A stretch of DNA of 63,051 nucleotides, the filler included, from Octopus bimaculoides (Eukaryota), in the NCBI RefSeq assembly GCF_001194135.2. It is 5 parts of 5 records of this genome, joined end to end, with 100 filler letters (N's around TTAATTAATTAA, not from the genome) between each part and the next. Parts side by side here need not be neighbours in the genome. Positions count along the whole stretch, not along the records: positions 58,144 to 63,051 come from NC_069007.1; 4 more parts are not named here. One strand, given 5' to 3'. Under the pieces are notes generated by a model. That model ran no database searches. It was not told where the DNA came from and worked only from the letters and a program-made list of their open reading frames with translations. Positions 62,534 through 63,051 of the stretch are shown here, piece after piece (position 1 is the first letter of the stretch; the number at the start of each line of letters is the position of its first letter). Both the position numbers and the translations under genes were made by a program.

Positions 62534-63051
62534 TTGGGAAAGAAAAAGAGTCAAGACTAAATGCAAGGTATACATAATTGAGTCTTTAAATGATTGAAAT
62601 AACAAGTAATCAAAAATGCGACATATTTTGTGAAACAACCTAATATATACATACATACATACATACACCCATACATACACACATACATACATACATACAA
62701 ACATACACTCAACCATACATACACCCATGCATACACACATCCATACATGCATACATAAACACATACGTATGATTGGCCCGCACTCTCATCTGCACATAAA
62801 CTCAACTAGTGGAACGTTTCATTCTCGTGGATGATCTAGTTATACACTTCAACATGGTGGCTTTTGTTGCTATTGCATATGAAACAATAACAATATGGTA
62901 TGTGTGTCTCACCGTGACAGAGAAGACATGATGCAAAATAACCAAGTCGAACAAAAAAAATGCAGTGAAATGAACGAACATCTGTTAATATATATATACA
63001 AACACACACACACACACAGAGACACACAGTATATATGTATATGTATGTATA

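Overview
Repeat-dense animal genomic DNA, almost certainly Octopus. This is inferred from three recurrent tRNA-derived SINE families, extreme (TA)n/(TG)n/(ATT)n density and N-gaps; O. bimaculoides is my best guess. I found no host protein-coding gene, intact tRNA/rRNA gene or CRISPR array, and nearly all long ORFs in the track are microsatellite or N-gap artefacts. Recognisable mobile elements are: a decayed ~3.8-kb Penelope-like element (RT + GIY-YIG, minus strand) with a minimal hammerhead ribozyme at its 3' end; fragments of RTE, Tx1/L1, HERO (x2) and R4/Dong (x2) LINEs; a Gypsy integrase; a mariner transposase relic; hAT and piggyBac-like MITEs; and more than 30 SINE copies or fragments. 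Four artificial 100-bp joins (N44-TTAATTAATTAA-N44) split the window into independently assembled blocks, and one block (48200-53138) is strongly CpG-depleted. The most interesting signals are an ungapped 57-bp-stem hairpin with a 10:0 G-U bias (6474-6596, pre-miRNA-like), a ~260-bp tandem repeat carrying a variant hammerhead-like fold (57402-58043, retrozyme-like), and related hammerhead-like motifs in several Penelope terminal-repeat relics. All alignments and folds were done by eye, and SINE/LINE boundaries are approximate.
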